From: an uncultured Campylobacter sp.
Lineage (GTDB): Bacteria; Campylobacterota; Campylobacteria; Campylobacterales; Campylobacteraceae
Assembly: GCF_947255105.1 (NCBI RefSeq)
Contig: NZ_CAMYFP010000002.1
Coordinates: 84,120-148,119 of the forward strand
Direction: 5' to 3'
DNA length: 64,000 bases
In this document: positions 1-8,827 of the stretch, piece by piece
Layout: every line of letters starts with the position of its first letter
Position numbering within the stretch: the stretch's first letter is position 1
Translations under genes and position numbers: made by a program
Notes under the pieces: model-generated
Databases searched by the model: none
Told to the model about the DNA's origin: nothing
Seen by the model: only the letters and a program-made list of their open reading frames with translations

Positions 1-1105
1 CAACTATCAAAATATCTCCAAGTTTTTTTGCCTTGTTTAGATACTTGATGTGACCAGCGTGCAAAATATCAAAGCAACCATTTGTAAAAACTATCTTTTT
101 ATCACTATTTTTTAGAATTTGGCAAATTTCATCTAAGCTTTTTATTTTTTCTTCCAAGTTTGTGCTTGATGATGATTTGGAGTATTTTTCTATCTCATCT
201 AAACTAGCAGTCGCACTTCCTACTTTTCCAACTACAACGGCAGCGGCTTTGTTTGCAAGACTAAGAGCAGAAACTATGTCCATTTTATTTGACAAAGCAT
301 ACCCCAAAGTCGCAAGCACCGTATCTCCAGCGCCAGTTACATCAAAAACCTCTTTTGCAATTGCCGGTATGATTTTTACTTCATCGTTGTTGTATAGCGC
401 AATGCCCCGCTCAGAAAGAGTTATGATGGAATATTTTAAATTTAATTCATCTTTAAGTCTTTTTAAGGCTAATTTTAGTGAAGGTTCATCATCAATTTTC
501 ATCTTTAAAGCTTGCATTGCCTCTTTTAAATTTGGTGTTAGAAGTGTTGCATTTTTGTATTTGGAGTAGTCACTTCCTTTTGGATCTATCAAGATAAATT
601 TAGAGTTTTCATTTGCTATTTTTATGATTTGCTTACAAAAATCGTCTCTTAAAACGCCTTTTGCATAGTCACTGAGCAAAACAGTGTCATAGTTTTTGAT
701 GATATTTTTCAAAGAGCTTAAAAGCTCATTTTTGGAAGTTTCTAAAATATCATCTTTACTCTCCTTATCAAACCTTATAACTTGCTGATGAACTGCCATA
801 ATGCGAGTTTTATGAGCACTTTTTCTCTCTTTTTCTTTTGCTATTTTCTCAATCTTTACACCCATATTCTCAAGCATTGAAACTATCTCTTTGCCGGACT
901 CATCATCACCAACGACACTCATCACGCCAACATCACAATCAAGAGCTTTTAAATTTGCCATTACATTTCCAGCTCCGCCTAGACGCTTGTTTTCGCTCCT
1001 AATATCAATAACCGCAACAGGCGCTTCAGGGGAAATTCTATCACACTCGCCCCACAGATAGTGATCTATCATCAAATCGCCAACAACTAAAATCTTAGGC
1101 TTCAT
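1..1105 (-). CDS. hldE: Bifunctional heptose-7-phosphate kinase / heptose-1-phosphate adenylyltransferase HldE (RfaE). Partial: the C-terminus runs off the window edge.
   Basis: Reverse-strand translation from the ATG at 1105 reads [30 protein letters not shown]..., matching the HldE kinase N-terminus. The frame stays open to position 1. It overlaps the hldD stop by 11 nt. Confidence 0.8.
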   Translation of the reverse strand, partial: MKPKILVVGDLMIDHYLWGECDRISPEAPVAVIDIRSENKRLGGAGNVMANLKALDCDVGVMSVVGDDESGKEIVSMLENMGVKIEKIAKEKERKSAHKTRIMAVHQQVIRFDKESKDDILETSKNELLSSLKNIIKNYDTVLLSDYAKGVLRDDFCKQIIKIANENSKFILIDPKGSDYSKYKNATLLTPNLKEAMQALKMKIDDEPSLKLALKRLKDELNLKYSIITLSERGIALYNNDEVKIIPAIAKEVFDVTGAGDTVLATLGYALSNKMDIVSALSLANKAAAVVVGKVGSATASLDEIEKYSKSSSSTNLEEKIKSLDEICQILKNSDKKIVFTNGCFDILHAGHIKYLNKAKKLGDILIV

Positions 1106-2075
1106 TTTTTATACTTTCATATATTTTTTTAATCTCAGGAATATAGCTTTTAATTCCATCTTCAAGACTAAATTTAGGCTCATAAGAGAGATTTTGCTTG
1201 CTTAGAGAAATATCAGCTTGTGTGTGGAATTGATACTGTTTGATAAATGGATTTTTGATATATTCACATTTTAAATTTGTATTAAGTTCGCTTTGTAAGA
1301 TATCAACAATTTCTTGAAAGCTCCTTGCAACTCCAGTAGCTGCGTTATAAACTCCACTTTTATCAGATAAAAATGCCAGATGATTGATTGCAACAATATC
1401 TTTTATATAGACAAAATCTCTTTTTATCTTATCGCTATCTTCAAAAAGCCTTGGATTTTGCCCATTTAAAATTTGAAGTCCAAACTGCAAAACCATAGAG
1501 GCGGTTTTATCTTTGAAAAACTCATTTTCACCATAAACATTAAAATATCTAAGCCCAATACAATGAATTTTTTCGTGATATTTTAAAGCTAGTTTATCCA
1601 TCATGAGTTTTGAAAAGCCATAAACATTTCTAGGTTCTTCACTATGCCAAATCTTTTGCGGACTTTTGGCGTTACCATAAGTTGCCGCTGAACTTGCATA
1701 AATCATCTTTGCATCAATTTCTTTGCAAATATCAAGAAGCTTTGCAAAGGCATTTAAATTTGTTTTTATCATTATGCTTTGATCATTTACCGTAGTGTCA
1801 GAGATGGCAGCTTCATGAAAAATTGCATCAGGTTTAAATTTCGCGATACCTTTAAGAGTTTTTTCATCATTTATATCGCCCTCTAAAACCCTGCCGCCAA
1901 ATTTAAGCAAGTTTTTATAGTGACCAAAACTCTTTAAGTTGCCATTATCAAATCTCTCACCCGTTCTAAAAATATCCACAACTAAAACATCAGCGCCTAA
2001 ATTTTCAAAATAAGTTGCCAAATTTGAACCTATAAAACCAGCCCCGCCAGTTATAACTATTTTTTTATTTTTCAT
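1095..2075 (-). CDS. hldD: ADP-L-glycero-D-manno-heptose 6-epimerase (NAD-dependent epimerase)
   Basis: 326 aa with an N-terminal GGAGFIGS Rossmann motif and the HldD/RfaD length and context. It sits between hldE and gmhB. Confidence 0.8.
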   Translation of the reverse strand: MKNKKIVITGGAGFIGSNLATYFENLGADVLVVDIFRTGERFDNGNLKSFGHYKNLLKFGGRVLEGDINDEKTLKGIAKFKPDAIFHEAAISDTTVNDQSIMIKTNLNAFAKLLDICKEIDAKMIYASSAATYGNAKSPQKIWHSEEPRNVYGFSKLMMDKLALKYHEKIHCIGLRYFNVYGENEFFKDKTASMVLQFGLQILNGQNPRLFEDSDKIKRDFVYIKDIVAINHLAFLSDKSGVYNAATGVARSFQEIVDILQSELNTNLKCEYIKNPFIKQYQFHTQADISLSKQNLSYEPKFSLEDGIKSYIPEIKKIYESIKNEA

Positions 2076-2607
2076 CTTTTTTCCTTATATAATTAACCAT
2101 TTCTTTAAGCTCATTTATGCAATGAAAGTCACCATTTGTGCTATTTTCATCTCTGTTCAGTAAAAACAAATTTTTAACTCCGGCATTTTTCCCAGCTTCG
2201 ATATCGCTTAGTTTATCGCCTATTAAGTAGGATTTTGAAAGGTCTATGCCAAGCTCATCTCTTGCTGCTAAAATCATTCCAGGGTTTGGTTTCCTGCACT
2301 CACAACCACTTAGATGAGGACAAAAATAAACTTTATCGATATCTATATCTCGCTTTTTAAACTCATCTTTCATATAGTCTGTTAAAATTTCAAAATCTTT
2401 TGTAGTGTAGTAGCCTCTTTGGATGCCGGATTGGTTAGTGATAATGATGATTAAAAAATCTCTTTTTTTAAACTCTTTTAAAAGCTCGAAAATTCCATCG
2501 ATAAATTTGAAATCTTCTATTTTAAAAACATATCCAAAATCTTCATTTATAACGCCATCTCTATCCAAAAATAGTGCCTTTTTTTCATAAGTTTTCATGA
2601 AAGACAT
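2065..2607 (-). CDS. gmhB: D-glycero-D-manno-heptose 1,7-bisphosphate phosphatase (HAD family)
   Basis: 180 aa with the HAD motif LFLDRDGVIN and a CPH...C Zn-loop. It overlaps hldD. Confidence 0.8.
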   Translation of the reverse strand: MSFMKTYEKKALFLDRDGVINEDFGYVFKIEDFKFIDGIFELLKEFKKRDFLIIIITNQSGIQRGYYTTKDFEILTDYMKDEFKKRDIDIDKVYFCPHLSGCECRKPNPGMILAARDELGIDLSKSYLIGDKLSDIEAGKNAGVKNLFLLNRDENSTNGDFHCINELKEMVNYIRKKDEK

Positions 2608-2653
2608 TATACAAATTTATGCTAAACACCACTAATTTTTAAACTTTTCCAGC

Positions 2654-3170
2654 TTAGTAGCCCTCTTTATTGAGCTTTGCAAATGCATCACAACCTTGTT
2701 GAAAACCTAAGTCGCAAGCCTTGCCAAAATACTCCTTTGCCATGCTATAGTTCTGTCTTACACCTTGACCACTATAATATAAAGCCCCAAGATTGGCGCA
2801 ACCTAAATTCACTCCATTATCGCAAGCTAATTTATAGTATTTAAAAGCTTCTGTATAGCTTTGTCTCACACCTTGTCCACTCTCATATAAAAATCCAAGA
2901 TTGGTGCAACCTAAATACTCTCCATTATCACAAGCAATTTTAAAGTATTTAGAAGCTTCTGTGTAGCTTTGTCTCACACCTTGTCCACTCTCATATAAAA
3001 ATCCAAGATTATGACAACCTAAATACTCTCCATTAATTATCACAAGCAATTTTAAAGTATTTAAAAGCTTTTTGATAATCTCCTGCCTTATAAGCTTTGA
3101 GGGCAGTTTCAAATTCATCTGCGACTAAAACAGCACAGACAACAGATAGTAAAACTATAATCTTTTTCAT
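2654..3170 (-). pseudogene. Sel1-repeat / Hcp-like cysteine-rich secreted protein, frameshifted paralog of 3280..4116
   Basis: The N-terminus MKKIIVLLSVVCAVL...FKYFKIACDN (ATG at 3170) is interrupted near 3033-3040 by an extra 4 nt (ccattaattatcacaagc versus ccattatcacaagc in the neighbour). The downstream ORF 2654..3118 continues the Sel1 repeats in another frame. Confidence 0.7.
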
Positions 3171-3268
3171 CTTATACTCCTTTTTAAATTTTGGTTATTT
3201 CAGCATTTTTATTTTTTAAATATAAAATAGACCGCCAATACAAGAAAAATAAAACCTATTAATAATCT
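3171..3268. repeat. Copy 1 of a ~98-bp direct repeat; copy 2 is at 4117..4213
   Basis: Near-identical sequence (cttatactcctttttaaatt...aaaacctatta) upstream of both Sel1 genes. Copy 2 covers the 3' end of the DMT gene, so copy 1 is a truncated duplicate of that gene end. Confidence 0.8.
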
Positions 3269-3279
3269 ATAAAATATAG

Positions 3280-4116
3280 CTAGTAGCCATATTTGCCAAG
3301 TGTTGCAAATTCATTACAACCTTGTTGAGAACCTAAGTCGCAAGCCTTGCCATAATACTCCTTTGCCATGCTATGGCTCTGTCTCACACCTCGACCGCTC
3401 TCATATAAAAATCCAAGATTGGCACAACCTAAATTCACTCCATTATCACAAGCTAATTTAAAGTATTTAAAAGCTTCTTTGTAATTTTGCTCCACTCCTT
3501 GACCATTGCGATATAAAAGTCCAAGATTGTAACAACCTAAATAATTTCCATTATCACAAGCCAATTTACAGTATTTAAAAGCTTCTGTGTAGCTCTGTCT
3601 CACACCTTGACCACTCATATATAAAAATCCAAGATTATTACAACCTGAATACTCTCCATTATCACAAGCTAACTTATGGTATTTAGAAGCTTCTTTGTAG
3701 TTTTGCTCTATACCTTGACCATCGCGATATAAAATTCCAAGATTGTTGCAACCTAAATACATTCCATTTTCGCAAGCTAATTTATAGTGTTTAGAGGCTT
3801 CTGTGTAGCTCTGTCTCACACCTTGACCACTATAATATAAAAATCCAAGATTGTTGCAACCTAAATACTCTCCATTGTCACAAGCTAATTTATAGTATTT
3901 AGAGGCTTCTGTGTAGCTCTGTCTCACACCTTGACCACTATCATATAAAAATCCAAGATTGGTGCAACTTCTATATTTTTTATTGTCACAAGCTAATTTA
4001 TAGTATTTAAAAGCTTTTTGATAGTCTCCTGCTTCATAAGCCTTGCGGGCAGTTTCAAATTCATTGCCAAGCAAAACAGCGCAGACAACAGATAGCAAAA
4101 CTATAATCTTTTTCAT
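3280..4116 (-). CDS. Sel1-repeat / Helicobacter-cysteine-rich-protein (Hcp)-like secreted protein
   Basis: 278 aa with a signal peptide and 7 tandem ~36-aa repeats, each with paired Cys (KLACDNG.YLGC.NLG.LY..GQGV.Q). Confidence 0.8.
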   Translation of the reverse strand: MKKIIVLLSVVCAVLLGNEFETARKAYEAGDYQKAFKYYKLACDNKKYRSCTNLGFLYDSGQGVRQSYTEASKYYKLACDNGEYLGCNNLGFLYYSGQGVRQSYTEASKHYKLACENGMYLGCNNLGILYRDGQGIEQNYKEASKYHKLACDNGEYSGCNNLGFLYMSGQGVRQSYTEAFKYCKLACDNGNYLGCYNLGLLYRNGQGVEQNYKEAFKYFKLACDNGVNLGCANLGFLYESGRGVRQSHSMAKEYYGKACDLGSQQGCNEFATLGKYGY

Positions 4117-4213
4117 CTTATACTCCTTTTTAAATTTGGTTATTTTAGCATTTTTATTTTTTAAATATAAAATAGACTGCCAATATAAGAAAAATAAAAC
4201 CTATTATGTGATT
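4117..4213. repeat. Copy 2 of the ~98-bp direct repeat (see 3171..3268)
   Basis: Direct sequence comparison. Confidence 0.8.
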
Positions 4214-4522
4214 GATTCTTAAAGTTTCATTTCTAAAAACTAGCAGCGTAAATGCCGTAAATACAACTAGCGTAATAACTTCTTGCAAGACTTTTAGTTG
4301 CCATATATTAAACGCACCGCCATTTTCCACAAAGCCATATCTGTTTGCAGGAATTTGAAAACAATACTCAAAAAATGCAACTCCCCAACTAAGTAAAATT
4401 ATCCAAATAAGACTAAGTGAGCTAAAAGTTGGTAATTTACTAAGTTTTAAATGCCCATACCACGCAATTGTCATAAATATATTTGATAAAATTAGCAAAA
4501 TTATCGTGTAGTATGGCTTCAT
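4154..4522 (-). CDS. Small 4-TM DMT-family membrane protein (DUF486-like)
   Basis: 122 aa and hydrophobic. Its start overlaps the methylase stop by 4 nt. Confidence 0.5.
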   Translation of the reverse strand: MKPYYTIILLILSNIFMTIAWYGHLKLSKLPTFSSLSLIWIILLSWGVAFFEYCFQIPANRYGFVENGGAFNIWQLKVLQEVITLVVFTAFTLLVFRNETLRINHIIGFIFLILAVYFIFKK

Positions 4523-5334
4523 TTTAGTTCTTTAAAAATTTTAAAGTCATCAATTTTATTAAAAATTTTATCTCTGTTTTCATCAAGCTCTTTTTTTCTA
4601 GCTAAACTAATATCAATAAATTCTTTTTCTTTTTCAATTCCTATAAAATTTCGACCTAGTAAATTTGCAGCAATTCCAGTTGTAGAGCTTCCACTAAATG
4701 GATCACAGATAGTTGAGTTTTCATAACTTGCCATTAAAATAAGCCTAACTAAAAGCCTTAAAGGTTTTTGAGTTGGGTGTTTACCACAACTTTTTTCCCA
4801 AGGTGCAATGGCAGGAAAAGCCCAAACATCTTTCATCTGTTTATTGTCGTTTATCTTTTTCATAAGCTCATAGTTAAAAATGTGTTTGTGTTTTTCACTT
4901 TTTCTAGCCCAGATAATCTGCTCTGTTGAGTGAGTGAGATAACGACAACTGAAATTTGGTGGTGGATTTGTCTTTTGCCAAGTGATGATATTTAAAATTT
5001 TATAATCAAGCTTTTGTAATACCCTACCAATCGAAAAAATATTATGATAAGTCCCGCTAATCATAATCGAGCCGTTATCATTTAACGCATTTTTTGCTAA
5101 ATCAAGCCATTTCAAATTAAACTCATCAATCTCATCAATACCGAAACTTTTATCCCAAACGCCTTTATTTACGCTTACGATTTTTCCGCTTTGTATGCTA
5201 AGCCCATCGTTTGATAAAAAATACGGCGGATCTGCAAAAATAAGGTCAAATTTACTTTTAAATTTCGGCAAAATTTCAAAAGTATCACCATTATAAAGTG
5301 TAAATTTTTTATCATTGCTTATAAATTTAGCCAT
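4519..5334 (-). CDS. N6-adenine DNA methyltransferase, DpnA / M.MboIC-like (GATC family)
   Basis: 271 aa with the DPPY motif (FADPPYF). There is long colinear similarity to DpnA (SVNKGVWDK, ITWQKTNPPPNFSCRYLTHSTE, GKHPTQKP, DPFSGSSTTG). Confidence 0.8.
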   Translation of the reverse strand: MAKFISNDKKFTLYNGDTFEILPKFKSKFDLIFADPPYFLSNDGLSIQSGKIVSVNKGVWDKSFGIDEIDEFNLKWLDLAKNALNDNGSIMISGTYHNIFSIGRVLQKLDYKILNIITWQKTNPPPNFSCRYLTHSTEQIIWARKSEKHKHIFNYELMKKINDNKQMKDVWAFPAIAPWEKSCGKHPTQKPLRLLVRLILMASYENSTICDPFSGSSTTGIAANLLGRNFIGIEKEKEFIDISLARKKELDENRDKIFNKIDDFKIFKELK

Positions 5335-6154
5335 TTTTTACCTTGTCAATAAAGTCTTTTAAGTTGAATAAGTTGTAAATTTCAACACTTTTATAGGCTT
5401 CTTCAAGTTTGTTTTTGGCGCTTAACCAACCTTGTCCGTCTGTTATCCAAATAAATTTATATTTATTATTTAAAGAAATTTTTGCATTTAGTTCGTTGTA
5501 GCCTCTTGCAACTTCGTTTAGTTTTGAACCGCCTGAGTTATAGAAATTTGTCTCAATTAAATATGCAAAATTTTTAGATTTTATAACAAAATCAAATCTT
5601 TTTAGATCCTTTCCCAAATCCAAATCTACAAAATTAGTGCTTTGTACCTGTTTTTCATAATTAATTTTTTCTTTATCTAGTTTTTTGGCAATTAAATTTT
5701 CAAAATTTGTTCCGCCTCTATTTTTCCTAGCATTTGTATCTAAGCCTACCTCTATACCAAAAACATAATCATTTAAATTTTTAATTTCTGAGTTTTTGAA
5801 AATTTCTTCAAGCCCTGTTTGTTTGAAAAAATCATAAATTTGTTTTGGGTTTTCAAAATAGGCTTTTAAATCTACTAAACTTCCACATTCATCAAGTAGT
5901 TTTGTATTTTTATCTCGCACAGCAATCAACAAATTTAACACAGAAAAACACTCTTTATTTATGTTAAATAAAAACTGAATTTCTGACTTTAAATCCTGCT
6001 TATTTAGCAAATAATTTAATTGGTTTAAATGAATAGAGATCTTTTTTATGTTTGTAGAGCATTTTTTAAAATTTACAAAATAATCAAGTGTCGCATTTGT
6101 TTTTTGTAGAGTTTTTAAAAAATCATAAAATGAAATTTTGTTTTTCATTTTCAA
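5327..6154 (-). CDS. Type II restriction endonuclease, DpnII/MboI family (predicted GATC)
   Basis: 275 aa with DpnII-family motifs: GIEVGLDTNARKNRGG, KRFDFVI, LIETNFYNSGGSKLNEVARGY, WITDGQGW. It overlaps the valS stop and the M start by 4 nt at each end. Confidence 0.75.
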   Translation of the reverse strand: MKMKNKISFYDFLKTLQKTNATLDYFVNFKKCSTNIKKISIHLNQLNYLLNKQDLKSEIQFLFNINKECFSVLNLLIAVRDKNTKLLDECGSLVDLKAYFENPKQIYDFFKQTGLEEIFKNSEIKNLNDYVFGIEVGLDTNARKNRGGTNFENLIAKKLDKEKINYEKQVQSTNFVDLDLGKDLKRFDFVIKSKNFAYLIETNFYNSGGSKLNEVARGYNELNAKISLNNKYKFIWITDGQGWLSAKNKLEEAYKSVEIYNLFNLKDFIDKVKNG

Positions 6155-8766
6155 ACTTCCAAACTTCTTATCTCATTTTCAACTTTACTGAGTTGATCTT
6201 TTGCATTTTCTAGTCCTTCGCGGTTGGTTTGCACAACCTCAGCTGGGGCATTAGCGATAAATTTTTCATTTTTAAGCATTCCATCAAGCTTTAAAATCTC
6301 TTTTTCAAGCTTTGTTTTTTGTGCGTTAAGGCGTTTCAAAATTTCACTTAAATCAACTCCGCTTAAAGGTACAAAAACGCTTAAATTTTGACTTACATCA
6401 GCTACTGCGTCAGTTACTTTTTCATTTACAAATTTAACATCTTCGCATTTTGCAAGAAGTTTTATAAATTTGAGTTCATTTTCTAAATTTATACTTTCAT
6501 TTAGTTTGATATAAGCAAGTGGAATTTTTGAATTTCCTAAATCAATCGTAGCTTTTGCACGACGGATTGCTATAATACTTTCTATAATAAGGCTAAATTT
6601 TGCTTCGATGTCATCATTTTGCTTAGTAGATTTTGGATATGGCATTATCATAATTGAGTCTGAGTTTTGTAAATTTGTTCCGCTTAACTCATGCCACAAA
6701 TACTCACTCAAAAAAGGCATAAAAGGATTTAAAAGTTTCATAGCCTCTTTAAAAATTGCACCAAGTTCTTTAACTGCACTTTTTTGGGCCTTGCTTAGCT
6801 CAATTCCCCAGTCGCAAAACTCATCCCATAGGAATTTATAAATTTCATTTGCAGCATCGTTAAATCGGTATTCATCAAGGTTTTTTCTAGTTTCACTCAC
6901 GCAGTTTTGAAAACGAGAAAACATATAAGTTCCAAGCTCTGTTTTAAGCTCTAACTCGCTTAAATTTGGAAATTTATTTTCATTTAAAAGCAGGAATTTA
7001 TGAGCGTTGTAGAGCTTGTTTGTAAAATTTCTAACTTGAACTAACTTTTCCTCACTTAGCCTAATATCGCGCCCTTGAATGCATAAAAGTGCTAAAGTAA
7101 AGCGCAAAATATCGGCACTATACTCATCAATTTTAACGAGTGGATCAATGACATTACCGCTACTTTTGCTCATTTTTTCGCCTGTTGCAGTTTTAACAAG
7201 AGCGTGAAGATAGATATCCTTAAATGGTAGTTTTTTTAGTGCATTTTCGCTTTGAAACATCATCCTTGCAACCCAAAAAAACAAAATATCAAAGCCAGTT
7301 ATTAACATTGTATTTGGGTAAAACTCTCTTAGGTCATTTTCAAACCATTTTTCGTTTTTATAGTTTTCATCATTGCCCCAACCAAGTGTTGAAAATGGCC
7401 AAAGTCCGCTACTAAACCAAGTATCAAGGACATCATGATCTTGATAGAAATTTTTGCTTTTACATTTTGGACAACATGATGGATTTTCATCTTCATCCGC
7501 CCATTCATGACCACACTCATTGCAGTAAAATACAGGAATTTGATGCCCCCACCAAAGCTGTCTTGAGATACACCAATCCTTTAATTCTCTCATCCATGCG
7601 TTAAAACTATTTATCCAATGAGCTGGGAAAAACTGAGCTTCGCCATCATTTACAGCTTTTATGGCATCAGTTGCAATCTCTTTTTTTACAAACCACTGCT
7701 TTGAGATATATGGTTCAACGATATTTTTGCAGCGATAACAATATCCAACTTGATTGGTATAGTCTTCTGTTTTTTCAATATTGCCGATTTCTTGAAGTTT
7801 TGCTACAACTTTTTCTCTTGCGTCTAGTCTTTCAAGTCCTTTAAACTCACCACATTCATCGTTTAGTATACCTTTTTCATCAAAAATTGTAATAAACTCA
7901 AGGTTGTGGCGGTTGCCAACTTCATAGTCGTTTTGATCGTGCGCTGGAGTTACCTTTACCACGCCAGTTCCAAAACTCATATCAACATGCTCATCGGCAA
8001 TTATTTGAATTTCGCGACCAATTAGTGGTAAAACTACTTTTTTGCCAATTAGGCTAGTATATCTTTCATCGTTTGGATTTACCATAACAGCTGTGTCACC
8101 AAAGTAAGTTTCAGGGCGAGTTGTGGCAACTACTACAAACTCATCACTATCTTTTAAAAAATATCTTAAATAATAGAGCTTTCCAACATGCTCTTTGTGT
8201 TCAACTTCTACGTCACTTAGTGCTCCGTCGTGCGTGCACCAATTTACCATATAATTTCCGCGGATTATAAGACCTGAGTTATAAAGACTTACAAATGCCT
8301 TTCTAACAGCACTTTTAAGCCCATCGTCCATTGTAAAACGAAGTCTTGACCAAGCAGGGGTAATGCCTAGTTTTCTCATCTGTTTTAGGATAGTGCCGCC
8401 ACTTTCTTCTTTCCATTTCCAAATTTCATCAACGAATTTTTCACGCCCAAGACTCTCTTTTGTGATACCTTTTGCTAAAAGTTTTTTTTCAACAACATTT
8501 TGAGTTGCTATTCCTGCGTGATCCATACCTGGTTGATAGAGTGTTTTAAAGCCGTCCATTCTTTTGTAACGAGTCATAATATCTTGCAAGGTAAAAGTTA
8601 AAGAATGTCCGATATGAAGCACTCCTGTGACATTTGGTGGTGGCATCATAATACAGAATTTTTTTCCATTTTGGATATTTTTATTGCCATCAACTTCAAA
8701 ATAGCCTCTGTTTTCACAAATTTGATAATATTTTTCTTCAATATCTTTTGGGTTGTAAAAATCCAC
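6151..8766 (-). CDS. valS: Valine--tRNA ligase
   Basis: 871 aa with the HIGH motif (PPNVTGVLHIGH), a KMSKS motif (KMSKSSGN) and a C-terminal coiled coil. Confidence 0.95.
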   Translation of the reverse strand: MDFYNPKDIEEKYYQICENRGYFEVDGNKNIQNGKKFCIMMPPPNVTGVLHIGHSLTFTLQDIMTRYKRMDGFKTLYQPGMDHAGIATQNVVEKKLLAKGITKESLGREKFVDEIWKWKEESGGTILKQMRKLGITPAWSRLRFTMDDGLKSAVRKAFVSLYNSGLIIRGNYMVNWCTHDGALSDVEVEHKEHVGKLYYLRYFLKDSDEFVVVATTRPETYFGDTAVMVNPNDERYTSLIGKKVVLPLIGREIQIIADEHVDMSFGTGVVKVTPAHDQNDYEVGNRHNLEFITIFDEKGILNDECGEFKGLERLDAREKVVAKLQEIGNIEKTEDYTNQVGYCYRCKNIVEPYISKQWFVKKEIATDAIKAVNDGEAQFFPAHWINSFNAWMRELKDWCISRQLWWGHQIPVFYCNECGHEWADEDENPSCCPKCKSKNFYQDHDVLDTWFSSGLWPFSTLGWGNDENYKNEKWFENDLREFYPNTMLITGFDILFFWVARMMFQSENALKKLPFKDIYLHALVKTATGEKMSKSSGNVIDPLVKIDEYSADILRFTLALLCIQGRDIRLSEEKLVQVRNFTNKLYNAHKFLLLNENKFPNLSELELKTELGTYMFSRFQNCVSETRKNLDEYRFNDAANEIYKFLWDEFCDWGIELSKAQKSAVKELGAIFKEAMKLLNPFMPFLSEYLWHELSGTNLQNSDSIMIMPYPKSTKQNDDIEAKFSLIIESIIAIRRAKATIDLGNSKIPLAYIKLNESINLENELKFIKLLAKCEDVKFVNEKVTDAVADVSQNLSVFVPLSGVDLSEILKRLNAQKTKLEKEILKLDGMLKNEKFIANAPAEVVQTNREGLENAKDQLSKVENEIRSLEV

Positions 8767-8827
8767 TTTAAACTTCCTTTTCTTATAAAAATAGCTTAAT
8801 ATTAGCTAAATTTGGCTTAAAATTCAT

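Noticed and set aside
162-569. 135-aa plus-strand ORF
   Set aside because: It lies antisense inside the hldE coding region. HldE reads cleanly on the minus strand through this interval.
6608-7520. Several 63-77-aa ORFs on both strands inside valS
   Set aside because: They are embedded in or antisense to a well-supported 871-aa valS ORF. They are typical AT-rich spurious ORFs.
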